Source of the DNA: Balanoglossus misakiensis
Lineage: Eukaryota; Animalia; Hemichordata
DNA: 64,000 nucleotides
Reading direction: 5' to 3'
Assembly: GCA_040954595.2 (NCBI GenBank)
Contig: CM082585.2
Coordinates: forward strand, 12,466,127 to 12,530,126
Positions 14,039 through 27,900 of this stretch are shown here, in pieces. The notes beneath the pieces are model-generated. The model did no database searches. It saw only the letters and a list, made by a program, of their open reading frames with translations, and was not told where the DNA came from. The position numbers and the translations under genes were made by a program. Position 1 is the stretch's first letter, and each line of letters opens with the position of its first letter.

Positions 14039-16338
14039 AAGACAGGGAAAATGTCAATGTCTGTTCTGTACATTATTAAAAACCAAATATAGCTGTAGGT
14101 TTAGGCATAGATGTTTGGCTGAATGAGACAAGCAAAAACCTTGAGCTTTTGTTGAAAAATGCACATATCTATTATTAAACATTGACTGTTTTATTTCGAA
14201 TGCTTTAGATTCTCATTAGAACAGTCTCCTCTGGAAGAAGTCTGTAGCCTTTAGTGTTATTATAGTATGTAAGAAAAGAATTATGGGAAATAAAGCTGGG
14301 GTCAGAGTTCAGACTGGTAGGGATTTGGACAACATGTCGTGGCTCACAATACTTCCACACTCATTCATGGTCCCCAGTGGTACCCTCTTTTGGACCATGT
14401 AGCGCATCCCCTTTTAATTGAAGCAAAAGAGATCAGAATCAATAGTATGTATTGTTGTGTCATTACCTTTGTTGTAATCAAATTGTAGTTTTCAAGTACA
14501 TTATTCTCTTATTTAGGGTTATAGTCAATTTACAAGATATTTTTGAGATTTCCCAGTTTTTAAACCACTGGAATTGTTCAATGCACTCTGAAGCTTGACT
14601 TTTTGTGACGATGATAGGTGGGTCTTCAACTCATCAATAGTTATGATTAGGAAAGAATTATTGTTCTGCAATATTTCTCTTGAATGAAAATTGTCATTTG
14701 GAATTGTAAACAGACATGGGCCCCTGAAGTTTTAGTTGATAGGTGGAACAGCAAGGCAATTTAAACACTTTCACAGATGCTATTGAATTTTTTAGTCCAA
14801 CTGAGAACATTACCAGTATAGTCAACAAGTATGGGGTGGAAGGACATATGGGCACTTTCTGCAGTTTTAGAAAGATTTTGTATAATTACTTATGATTTCA
14901 ATTTTTGCATTTTTCAGTTTTCCATGATGAACCTTCTCACTTCTTATCAAGAAATGAAAAATTATTTATTTAAACTTTACCTCTCAAAAATCAACAAGCA
15001 AGAAATTTACTGATCTGAGGTTGTTTCATAGCTTATCAGATTTTTGAAGTTGCCATGACATTAAGGTCACATGAGATACTGAAAGAATCATGAGTAATAG
15101 GTAACCATGGCAACATATTACTTTCTGAAGAGTGATTATCATTTGCGATGTACCATTTCTTTGCTGGTGTGTAAAGGTTTCATCAATATGGGATGTTTTG
15201 TGTAATGTAGCAATAATCAGGATATTTTGCTCAAAAGCAGAAATGTTACATCTGAAGTAGAACAGAGCTTTGTTGCTGATAGTTTCTGTTCTTGTTTTTT
15301 GGAGAAAAAAATTGAAAATCAGTTTCATGTATTATGAAAATAGAGGATTTGAAGAAATTCATTAGTTCTTGCAGTAAAAGTGCATTTCTTGATTCATTTT
15401 GTAATAAACCAGTTATATTTAGTCAGAATCGATCTATCATAATAAAAAACATTCATTTCAACAAATCACTTTTAAACTTCTGAAAATTAAGTTTATTGTC
15501 ATGATTCTATGCTAATTCTACTACTTTTGCTAATAACATAATAAGCAACAAAATGTAGGTGGGGGAGGGGGTCATTTAAAAGTTCACAGTTCAGCTTGTG
15601 GCCTCCCTCCCCAGAAGGAATGCTTTGGCACTTATTGAAAGGAATGCACCATTTGTAATTTCTGTAATTGTTAAAAGAAAATGCTACCAAGTGTAGCATG
15701 GAGTTTGACTTGAATTTTAATTTGACAGAAAATAAATGATTGAGCCTTGTGATAAAATAATCAGATTAGTGTGGTTTTTAGTTTCTAACAGTTTGTGCAA
15801 ATGTGTTGTGTTGCAGGACAGTCTCTAGCATGACCACAGTTAATGAAGGTGTTTTGAAGCCTGATCAAGTCAGGGAAAACTCTGGTTTTCTGGATAATTT
15901 GCCTCCAACTTGCTTTTGCTTATTTATAAGCTGTGACATCATTGCTGGAAGTCTGCATCTGTAAGAACTCAAAGTGTAGTCTATTGTTGCATTTACATAC
16001 ACTGTTCTTTACTCCACTTTTTTTCACCTGCTGAGCATTATTGATTTGTCACACTTTCATGCCGTGAACAGCAACCACCGATGTTCTTGCGCTCTCCATT
16101 TTGTGAACAGGGCGAAAGCTAGTCACCATGCATGGAAGCCAACTTTCATTTCTTGTTGAGAGGCAGATAGGAAGAATGACAACGTTGGTGGCGCCACAGA
16201 TGTATGGCGTCATGAAGTATGAACCATGTTAGTCAAATTTTAAAAGAAATCCGTCACAGACTGTACACAGTGCCCCTTATCTTGTATACGTGGACATTGG
16301 ACATACTGACTACTGTACTTGCGACAAAGGATTTGAAA

Positions 16339-18355
16339 ATGATGCCTCTCAGAGTGTCAGTTATAATAGTTTTAGGTAAGTCAACTACAACTTTTCTTTA
16401 AGTTGGTGACTTTATGGAATTTAGTCATATTAGGTAAGAAATTGACTCGACACGCATTGGCCAGGGATGATCTTATTGTATGTCTCAAACCAAGAAATGT
16501 GATGCATGCAAATAAAACAAGGTGAAGACCCGCGTAAATTACCATTCATAAAAATGAGTGCCTTTGCATAATGCACGGACATAGTCAAACAAAAATAACA
16601 AATGTGTACATTTTGTTTTTTGGTGTATGATATCTGAATAGTAGCTTAGAACATTCAGACATATGATAATCATGTGATGTTAAATGTGAACAGACTTCGA
16701 CCTTTGGCCCATTAGTTTCAATAATTTGGCAAATAAAGCAAACGACTGGTATGTGAGTTCTGTATAGGCGGATGATCTCATGCATTTACTGAGAAGGGGA
16801 CGTTGATCCCTGGATTATGTTGGATTGGGCTGTAAAAGTATTCTGGTGGTGGAATTGTTTTCTTCTCAGTAGACGTAACGCAGACAGCTCTTCTGTGCCA
16901 TTCTGACTTTATCAGATCGTTTTATGACCTAGTAACATGTCGAACACACGTCTACCCTGCAGACATGATTAGATACACTGTATCAACGTGTAGATCAGGA
17001 GTTGTTATGACATCAATGGGTCCTGGGTGTCAACCAAGAGAATGCCACAATTAATTGCTACCACTTTAAATATCCAGTGAAGAATGACCTTGTCTTGAAG
17101 AGCTGATAAGAGTTTTCTGGTCTTAATTTTAACCATAGACTTCCCTCTACTGTCAATGTTTTAACCTAGTGTCCCTGTTTGTGATCCACGCAGTGATTGG
17201 TGCATTCGCTCAAAATGACACCACTACAGTTGTGACATCGCTACCAACAACGACGGCGGAATCGTCAACAGTCGGGAAATGGAACGCTACTGACGATGAT
17301 GGCAAAGTTTGCATTCTCGCTGAAATGTCGATGGAGTTCATAATCCAATACACCAAAAGCGACAAAACTCAGGTAAGTATACTTTTTTCTGGCGTTATGT
17401 TTGCTCAATCTCGTCAAATGAAAGTTTTTATATCATGATGACATGCTTCATTTCAGGCTGAAGTCAACATCCATTTACCGACAGATGCGGACTCCTCAAT
17501 GTCAATATGCGGTAACGACACATCTGCTCTGATATTAAACTTCTACGATGGATGGAGTGTCACCATGGGTTTTGAAAAAGATTTTGACCAGAACGAATAC
17601 TTCATGTCTGAATACACTCTGGATTATATTTACGACGGACATTTTGAAGATCCCAATGAACCAGGTAATGCTACTTTGATATAAATGGGGTGAACATTTT
17701 CTTAAAATGAGAGTAGTTTTCAACATTTCATATAGCTTGATTCCTTTTCACAGCTTTGGACTTTTGAATGTTTCTCTTGATTCTTGACTAATGTCACGTT
17801 ATTGCAGGTACAAGTGTAACTGCGACAACACAAGACACAGAGTTTACAACACCAATCGGCGAATTTTTCAAGTGTGATGCCACGAAAACTTTCATTGTCG
17901 ACGAACTGGTTAGCGTTGAAGTGTCATATTTTCTCATCCAACCGTTTGCATATGACACAGACGGAGAATATGGAGAGAGTAAGTGTCTGTATATCTCTCT
18001 GTCGGTATATAGATAGGTAGGTAGGTAGGTGTGCCTTCCTACCGTCCACCTGCCTGTGTGGCTCTCTTTCTGCCTGCCTGCCAGTTGCCTGCCTGCCTAT
18101 CTGTCAGTGTGATAATGATTTGCCACTTCATGTATTGGCCTTTTCTCGTCAGTAAGTTACAGAGGCCATGAATCAAATGAATATTTTACATATTTTTCAT
18201 TTCCTTTTTTGACAGCCAATACTTGTGCAGCTGACGTCGTTGACGACAATTTGATCGCCATCATCGTTGGATGCAGTGTTGCCGGCCTCCTCATCATTCT
18301 TGTCATATCCTATTGTGTTGGAAGGCACAGGAAAAAGGCCTACTCCTCAATCTAA
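16339..18355 (+). CDS. Single-domain LAMP family protein (tandem paralogue), 5 exons
   Basis: Exons 16339-16375, 17170-17372, 17457-17664, 17808-17978 and 18216-18355 splice in frame. Signal peptide, short Thr stretch, one LAMP domain (CILAEM...SICGN...FKCD...TCAAD), TM LIAIIVGCSVAGLLIILVISYCVG, tail RHRKKAYSSI*. Confidence 0.9.
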
Positions 18356-18931
18356 TTAAAGCCATTTGGGACCATAGCGTAGGTCAAAGACCGCGTTTCC
18401 GATATTATCTTCAAATCGGTGACAGAAATGAAGAAGGTGTATTTTGCTGGCCTGCTTCAAATTTACTTGAAGTTACCTGGATTCCCCTGACAGCAACACT
18501 ATGCTACTTTTACTGTGCATCTTGGTTTGTTTTAACCATGCCTCTCCCATGCAGAAATTGTCAATTTCCCCTCAGACTGTTTCTTTGTTCTTTTCTGATA
18601 TTCATGCAATGTTTTCTGGGAGGAATTTTTTCGAAGGATGACTATTAAGTTCTCTACTGAATTGAAATGTTTTCAGTCTAAATCTTAACAATTTGAGACC
18701 AAATCCAAATGGAGAATTTTAGTTGAAGGGGTTTCATGCGGTTTTATCTAAGTCAGTTTTGGTTGCGGGTAACAATTTTACAATTTCTATACTTAGGGTA
18801 TACGTAGAAAAGAAGTGTGGTTCACGTTGAAAGGGAGACAGTTTTTTTAGTCATGAGGAGTATCAAGCAAAGTAGAAACATATGAACTTTTCATTTGAAT
18901 GCCAGTGGTGCTTCAGCGACGGACAGACCTT

Positions 18932-18993
18932 TGTCTTCAAGAGTTTAGCCCATTCCATATTAAACAGCCATACACAAATTTTCAGACATGTAT
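18932..18993. repeat. 62-bp exact direct repeat, copy 1
   Basis: TGTCTTCAAGAGTTTAGCCCATTCC...TTCAGACATGTAT is identical to 19597-19658. Confidence 0.9.
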
Positions 18994-19305
18994 TCAACCA
19001 GTCTATGTCCAATATGAACTACATAAATTTCAGGAAACAACAATATGACAAAATACACATGAATTTAAAAAAAAGTCTTTAGTTGAACTAAATACCTGAC
19101 AGTAAATAATCGTTCAGAGTGCAATCATTTCCAAATACCTGAAGGTCTAACTTTAGACTGGTCTTGAAAACATGCTGAATGAAGTGTGCAGAGTTGAATG
19201 TCTTCATTCATACTTAGTATACACACCATGAGAAAATATATTGTAATCTATTTGGTAATAATATTATCTTTATGGTCAAAAACAGATTGTATGTTAAGAC
19301 TATCA

Positions 19306-20173
19306 TTAATGGCTCTCAGATAACTTGTTTGGTCTAATTGGCTTCGAGTTTTCTTCTGTGCCCTGTAAGTAGAGACAAATACAGTAGATGTAAGTTGATG
19401 GAAAATGAACTATACAATAATTGAACAAAAATGCAGTAAATTTTCAGTCACTTCAACTACACATCCATGGCATGCAGCTAAAAGTTAACAAAATATGCTG
19501 GAGTGTGAAACAGTCCAAGTAAAATGTTCTTGACACAAGTTTACCATATTAGAGCCAAAAAATTAATTGAAAGTGATTTCAATTCACAAACATCACTGTC
19601 TTCAAGAGTTTAGCCCATTCCATATTAAACAGCCATACACAAATTTTCAGACATGTATCACACCAAATGTAGGGACAGTGAATACTCACTTCACTTGGAC
19701 TGTTTAAAACAGGCACACCATCCTTTGTTTGGTAAGAGCACTGGGCGACCATTCTCTTTTCTATGATGTTGTTTTCATAATCTACCTCTGAGTCAATTTG
19801 TAATGAACTTGATTCCTGAAACAAGAATGTGATCAAATAGTAAGTTTAGCTATAGGTGACATTTTAACATTTAAAATAGTATGTACGACTGTATATATAT
19901 ATATATACACACACATGCATCACACACTTGTTAATACCATACATATTGCAAATGAGAGTCAAAATTTTAGTTGAAAATAAAATAGCAGCTCATGGAAAGG
20001 TATAGTCATGCACTGATGTTCCTTTGCTCTTCTACCAAGGCATTTGGAGTTTAAGAGTGTTGGGACATGGAATCAATACTACCCTACATGTATCTCTATC
20101 TTGTCACAACACCCAAACGTTTTATCTAATCTCTTACCAGGTATTTTGATGTACGCACTGTTGCTGTAGCCAT
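19306..20173 (-). CDS. Unrecognised 72-aa microprotein, 3 coding exons
   Basis: Exons 20173-20138, 19815-19690 and 19362-19306, with phase-0 introns, GTAAGA/GTGAGT donors and pyrimidine-rich acceptors. Product MATATVRTSKYL-ESSSLQIDSEVDYENNIIEKRMVAQCSYQTKDGVPVLNSPSE-GTEENSKPIRPNKLSESH*. ATG context is GAAATGG. Confidence 0.6.
19597..19658. repeat. 62-bp exact direct repeat, copy 2
   Basis: Identical to 18932-18993. Lies in an intron of the minus-strand small gene. Confidence 0.9.
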
Positions 20174-21996
20174 TTCCACTTAGATACTGACTTCCACCTT
20201 GTGATCTAGAAAAACAAGAAGTGATACTATGTGTTAATTCCAACTGAATATATGGACTTCATTGGCCAATACTGTCTCTACTGTCCCCCGACGCTGGTCT
20301 TGTTATTATCTCACTAGGGTATTAAATCATCTTAACCCACAAAAGAAACCTGTGACGTTTCTAAATTTTTGCATTTCTATTTATTTTGATGACGGTTCCC
20401 TTGAAAATGGAGAAGTCGCAAGACAAATTCTTGGTGCAGATTAACGATCATCAGTACTTTGCCATGAAGATCATCTTGGAGAAACACTCGCGAGTCTCAC
20501 TTGCCAGCTCTCGAATTTTCTTACTAGCGGCAGAGAAAGAGGGCAGCTGCAGGTTGAGGTAAGAGCTGGCTGCCATTGAAGCTATAACACTACTTGTTAC
20601 ATTCAAGTGTGACAATCTATCATTAATTTCAAACACAAACCTATTACGGGCCCATTAAAAATCTGTTACTCCTTAAATATGAGGTACCATTAGAAAACTA
20701 ATGGAGAAATTCGTAGGTCCAGGACCATCCACTCAAACTTCAAAACAATTTTTTAAAAACTAGATTTAACAACAAAACTTTAAAAATGCTCCAAAGGGAA
20801 CTACATTGTCTATAAAGAACACATCCCGGACTTTGCGAAATCGGGCAAGCTATCTCGGGGAAACGGACCCTGTTTGCCCGCGAGTCTGTATTGCGAGTTT
20901 GGGGCGCGTGGGTGGCTCAACAATAACCAGACACACTTTATACATATGGCCCGAGTCATTACTTACCGGGTAACGGTTACGGGTATAGGCTCTGCTCTTT
21001 GGTGACAACTCAAGGCGCTGGTTTGGCCACTGATCCACTTCAACCAACTCTTCCGTGAAATGGTACTAGGCCCCAATAGGTCTAGTTGTCTCGTAATCTG
21101 CGTAGGAGGCCAGAAACTCCCCTCAAGTTACTTTGACAAAACAACATAAGTGACAGACATAAGACAGTGACTACCGGTTTTGGAAGTAAAAGCCATTTCT
21201 CAGAAAAGCGGAAGATGCGCAAATTAGGAATTTTAAGATTCACCAAATATGGGCATGAGAGGTTTCACCCACTGCCCTTCCGGTACCCGGTGATCAGTAG
21301 GTCTTTAATAACGCATGAAAAGTAAAATAAAAGCCAGAACTGAACCGGTGAATGAAATAAATTGTTCAAGGGTTTGCCATGATAGTATTGAAGTTTATCC
21401 CAAATGTAAGTTTCATTTATTCTCTTGTAAGAATTACATTTATGAAAGAACTGTATTGCTTCAAGGGACTGGTATTGATCTTTCAATTAATCTACTGGTG
21501 TCCCACGCGAAAAATACAACATAAGAAAGCTGATGGATGTCAATCCTCTAAAAATTGACATCTTCTTAAAAAAAAAAACAAGTTTAGGCCTAGGCCTATT
21601 CTGCTCAGTCAAACCGTACCATGGCTAAAACTTGGTTTTGTTTAACAAGTCATCAAAACCCGAAGTGCTAACATTAACGTTAGTCTCGGAAATTAGTCTG
21701 ATTTATTAGACCAGGAACTGGCCCAATGTTCATTTCATCGTTCACGTACAACGTGTAGCCGAACCAAGCCACGTGTCGACATACTTCGGTAGGGATTCCC
21801 TGGAAGTGGACACACGAAGTTACGTCACAACACGGAAGTGACGTTTGAGCGTATCCACACATGGTTCAAGGTACAGAGCGCACGTACAGAACCTAGGCGA
21901 CGAGGAGGAGAGTTTTTCGTTTCTTGACTTTGAAAAACGTCGCTATAGTGATCGGAAAGGTGTTCCATTTTTAGAGCAGGCGGTAAAATAGGCGTC

Positions 21997-24900
21997 ATGA
22001 GACAGGCTCACCTTTTCGTACATCTTTTCCTGATTTCTTGTGGAATTTGTGGTAAGTAGTATACTGCACGTAAATACAATCACTTTACTCTGAGTCCGAG
22101 AATGGATCTCAGCATGAACACTAAACGGTCACTTTACCTCGATGCCAAATATTCTACTGACTTTTAACATTGAGCACTGTTGAGAGAACGTAATTATAAA
22201 ACCACTAATGGTATTTATTCAGCCATTATTGACAAAAACCGTGTGGCCGAAAACATACATGTATCATTTGTGGAGCAAATTACCTTTCAAGATTGCATGT
22301 TCGTAACTCGCATCCATTGAGCCCATGGTCACATCATTAGAAATATTTTAAATGCTTGACCTCCAGTGTGTCGATTCTTAATAATCTAAAGTCATTGTAA
22401 GTAGTGGGATACAGAATAATTCATGATTATGTTACCTCAGTGAGTGTTTGTTGTACCAGGTAACTTAAAATGCACATCAATGTACATTGTATCGATGTAC
22501 GTGGTACCAGCCATTGCAAAACCATCTGAGGTACCGCCAGGCTTCATGGACAGATGGTTGAAACTAATCTGCTCTGTTGTATCCACTAACGCGTCGATTA
22601 TTGATTCAGTTGGCAGACAAGAAATTTACTTGTTCAGTTCTATGCTTGTTTGGGTGATGTTTAGATGTACAATCGCCAGGCCCGCTTTAGGTTGATTATC
22701 TTTAGGGATAAGTGTTGAGATGTTTTACCTAGATCTGTCTGGAAATCTACAAGCCAACCCCAAGAGATAACATTCCTTCATTACCACACCTTCCCAATAT
22801 ATCAAGTTGTTTAGTAAATGCAATATTGTGATATGGTCGTCACCAAAACATTGAGGTCATATCCTAGAGGTGATTGGAGTGATAAAGCAACAGGAAGTAT
22901 ATAAAAAGGATGGGTGTATTGTCCGCAACTTTGAATCAGGTTCAGTTGTTTTCATCACAGAAGTGGGCACAAGCAGATCAAATAAGCATTTAACATTCGG
23001 AATATTCATACCAAGGAAATATTAGCTACCCAAGAAATATGTTTTTGTTTCTTTAAATGAAGAGATGCAAATGTATTAAAGGAATCCATATATATGTAAG
23101 GCAGTAAACAGAAGGCCATTGTGCACTTTGAACAAGCATGAGTCATACTAATTGTCAATTGACATCAAAGATATTGTGATATGTAAAGAAAGAACCTTTC
23201 CTGACTTGTATCCTGTACTTCATTACTTGATACCTGACTTTGATTTTTAAGGTCATCAGAGGAAGTGTCAAATGTATGTCAGATCAGGTCAAGCTATGGT
23301 ACTCAGTGGTAGTGATAAAATTACTAACATTGAAAATTGTGATAAATGTTTTGTTCCTGCCCACATAGACCAGTTGTGTTTTCTTCTGGTGTGACACTGG
23401 ACATGTTTACGTTTAGCATGAGAATGGAGGAGGGTAAACCATTGATCTTTTTCACCTGGTCATTGATATGCTAATTTGTAAACATGTATTTGATAAAAGT
23501 TAGCCATAAGTGATATATTTCCTTCAATACAACATGAATTGGATAAAACTCGTAACAAACGTTGAGCTCACAGTGATTTGAATGTATTGTAAGAAATTTA
23601 GAAATGCACTGGGTTGTAAAATAATTAATTATCTGAAAAATAGTGGGTGGACGAACTAATGGAGTGGTCGAACCGAAGGATTGATTACGGTAATTAAATT
23701 GTGCATAAGTGATAAGTTATTGCACCAGATGTCATGAAACTTGATAGACGTAGTGTTCTTTATGTTATGTTCGGTGGATGGTATTACATTGTTCTACATG
23801 GTTATAACTTCAAGTGTTGGTAATCAAAGTCCTATGTACTCAGTTTGTGTTGGGAACTTTGGAATGTGGTAAAGAAACCGAATTGGACACACACAAGCAC
23901 AAAATCTCACTTTTGTCAGAATGACTTGGTTGACACAAAGACATACTTTTTGAAAGAACACACAGCAGAAGGGCAGTTAACAAATGCACTGTGGCATTGT
24001 GAGACCACTATCTTCACAATTCTTTTGTTGAATCTTTCTGTTTGCTCATGGCAAGGTTACAGGCAATACAGGTAAAGTGGGAAGGTTAAAATCTAATTTT
24101 AGCAAGTCTGTGTGGCAAGGGCATCAAAATATAAAGAGTTACGTAAGCCTCCATATAGTGCAGTTTTGTAATAAGAGTATATCATAATGATGACATGGTT
24201 ACAACACTGGTACAAAAATTCAATAATCATGAATTTACTTCTGTAGTGGCCGTATTTTCTGAAAGACACAGATTAGGTGCTTGGTTCATGAACCTCACTC
24301 AGAAGAAAAAAAGAATGGTCTCATGGGTCATAAATCAATGGGTTCAGGGTACAAAGGGTTAAGAAACAACTACAATTTTCTTAGGTTTACATTCTTTTTG
24401 AAAGTTGTTAGTTTCCGGATAAGAAACTGTTCCCCAAAGTGCATGGTTTAGATTTACCGTACTATCAAGAGGAAACATCTGCAACTAAAGAGTATGTGAT
24501 TAACACACAAGTGGCAGGAACTTAAAAAAGTCACGGAAAATCATTGTTTCCTGGAAATGGGTGTAAGCAGCAATCGTAAAAATTATCTTAGGAATATCTT
24601 CAGAATTTGCAATTTGATCTTTGACCTGCTTGAGGTCTCATCATCTGTCAGATATACAAATATTCTTATATATTGCACATATAAATAAATGTTCTCATGA
24701 CACTTTACAATTATTACCCCTGGTCACTGGTCCTACATTACTTCCACTCAGCTTCCTAGGGAGCAAACTATTGCAGCTGTAATCTGCCACATTGATAATT
24801 TTTTTCTGCCTATATCTTACAGCAGTCAAGGCTCAAAGTGATGACTCCAGTTTTATCAAAGGACCAAGGCTTATATGGATTGATAGGAACTCTTTTGGAA

Positions 24901-27900
24901 TATCATCCCGAATTGTCAACGTAGAAGGAAATGGCACAGAGCTTTGGAACAAACTGGACAAGTCCTCAATAACCATGATTTCTCAGTTACTTCATGAGCC
25001 ATCACCATCATCTAAAGTTGCCATAGATTATGACTACGATGACCACTACATTTTCTGGACGGATCCTGGTTATAAGATGGTGAAAAAGGCCATGCTTACA
25101 AGTAAAGGCAATATCACAGGTCAGTTTCATCACCTCTCTGTTGACTCAAGATTTGCACATTTTAAGGAGATGGTCTTATAGGTTGGAAAAGTGGACAGGA
25201 ATTCCTTTTTCATTATATGCGGCCTGTTTGAAATGAATGTCTGCCTGCATCTTTTGCCTGAATGTTATGCACAGAACCTTGATTCTGTTTAAAATTCTTT
25301 ATATGCAACTCTAGGTGTATTTCATGGCACATCAAACTATGTAGAAGGCATTGCTGTTGATTGGTTGAATAACAAAGTGTACTGGACTGATGCTGCCTAC
25401 AATTGGATCATGGTTTCTGACTATGACGGCACTTACTACCACTGTGTTGTTGATACTGGACTTGATAAACCAAGGGGTATTGCTGTTAATCCTCTTACAG
25501 GGTAAATGAAAAAATCTTTGTCATCCTTTCTGATTTCCGTTATAACAGTCTGCTATGTGAGTTGCCACTTTTAACACAAGGTCATTTGTTTTGTGTCAAC
25601 TGGCATGTTACAGTTTCACATTTGAATTGATGTTTGGTTTCATCATGAATGGCACCCTCTGCAGATCAATTGAGGAAATGTTGTCACACACCTAGAGACG
25701 TACCACATCAGAAGTTAAATAAAACTGCTGATCTGTCTATTGCTTCATCCATATTTTTGCAGCTATCTGTTCTGGAGTGACTGGGGTAAAGTTGCTAAAA
25801 TCGAAATGGCAACTCTGTCGGGTAAGGACCGTGTGGTACTCATTGATGAAACAACACATGGAGCAATCATCGGGTTACCTAATGGCTTGACTATCGACTA
25901 TGAGGAAAATAGGTGTGTATTGCTCTGATTTTAAGTCAATCCAGTGAAGTGAACATCTCAAAGTTGCTTATGTGGTTCTATACATATTGTTAACAAAGTT
26001 GTATGCATGTATTTTCTACTGATCCCACAAAAGACAATTATTCTCATTTTTTTCTTCCACTTTTAGTTTGTACTGGGCTGACAGCAGTAATGATAACTTG
26101 TACTCAGTGAAATTAGATGGTGTAAATGGGTCAATTCCTCACAATAGAATACGTCTGGTTGGAACAGCAGATACATTTGGTCATTTTTTTGACATTGACC
26201 TTGACAGTGTAAGTAATTTAACAACATCTTTGTAAGCTCTTCATGCTCCATATGGTATGTTGTGAAATGTTGCTACATGGATGGAAATAGTTGGGTAAAT
26301 GTATGGAGTATGGTTTCATGGTCTACTCATGATGTTCTGGCTACAATATAGTTTACAAATAGTGGAGAGTTAAATATAACATGAAATTGTTTAGGCATTC
26401 TTTGCATGTTTGATGTTAAAGAAATTAGAACAGGATAGAGTTTCTTATCCTTTTTTCTTTTTTGTGTGTGTGTGTCCTCAGAATTATTTTTTCATCTCTG
26501 ATTGGGGTAACAGTGCCATAGACATTGTTCCTCGCAATAACCTTGATCAAACAAAGTATCTACGTCCAGGTGGTATGTTTAAACCGTACGGGGTTATAAT
26601 GTATGATGAGGACCAGCAACCAAAACAGTTAAATGGTAAGTAAAAATGGATTTTCTTTCAATCTATTTGATGTTTTTTGGCCAATGAAACATAGAGAGCA
26701 TATGCCATATTCTCAATTATGCCATGAAAATACGTTCATTTTTAGTCTGTAAGTTCCCTCTCTAGAGGTCCAACCTAAACATAGAAACAATGGTTTTGGA
26801 CTGAAAGATTTTGTGATAAATTACATGTATTGGTTATGCTTTCTCCTTATCAGTGAGTTGCAAAGTAAACAATGGTGGGTGTAGTCACATGTGTCTTGGT
26901 GATCCAACTGGATACAAATGCAAGTGTTCTATTGGTTATATGCTTGCTGATGATGGCCACACCTGCAAGAATCGTAAGTTACCTTCTGTATGTTGATGTA
27001 TTTTGAATAGAAAGTTATGGTTAGCTTTATATATGAAGGATAAAATGTAAAAGATTTGTTCTGTAATATGTGACAAGTTGGATCAGTCAATAATTTTTCC
27101 TCACCCCTCTTTTGCAGAAACCTCCCATATCCCTTTGATGCAGTTATTCTTTGCCGACTCAGATGGAATCTGTGTTCTACCAGCCAATGTGGCAGATATT
27201 GCCATCAGTGACACACAACCATACAACTACAACTGCTTCCTCAATGTCAGTGTGTCAACATTTGACTATGATACATACAAGGAGAAATTGTTTTACTTTG
27301 ACAAGGTACAACAATGCATCATGAAGTTCAGCCTTGTAGACGGAGGTGCACCTGTAAAAGTCATTAAGGCTGAAAATGTCACAGGTTAGTTGATTAAATC
27401 AATATAAAGGTTGACCAAACCTGGAGCTTGCAATCCACCTGCTACAGACCAATACAAATGCAGTTAGATTTCAGTTTCTGATTTTCTTACTCTGTTTCTA
27501 GGGATTGCAGTTGATTGGGTTTCATCGAACATTTACTGGACTGATATTGGAAAACAAGAAATTGGTGTTTCCAAACTAGATGGTACCTACAAGTATATTG
27601 TGCTGCAGGAAAATGTTGACAAGCCAACAGCTATTGTGACATATCCACAGAAAGGGTAAGTTGTAAACATGAAATTGCACTACACACAGGGCCTTTTATG
27701 GAAACACTCTTTATTGAATGTCGATTTGTTTGTCTCATCCTTGATTTCTGTGTCGTTCTACTTTGTGTGTGCATAGATATACTATATGGCATCTCTGCTG
27801 GGAACTTGTAGATTATACTCATGGTGAAATCACATTTAAAGGGGTCTATTACCTTGTTAATGTTAACAATAAAATAACTTGAATTGCAGGCTTCTGTACT

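Noticed and set aside
19597-19658. Intronic 62-bp repeat as a snoRNA
   Set aside because: No convincing C/D (RUGAUGA/CUGA) or H/ACA arrangement is shared by both copies.
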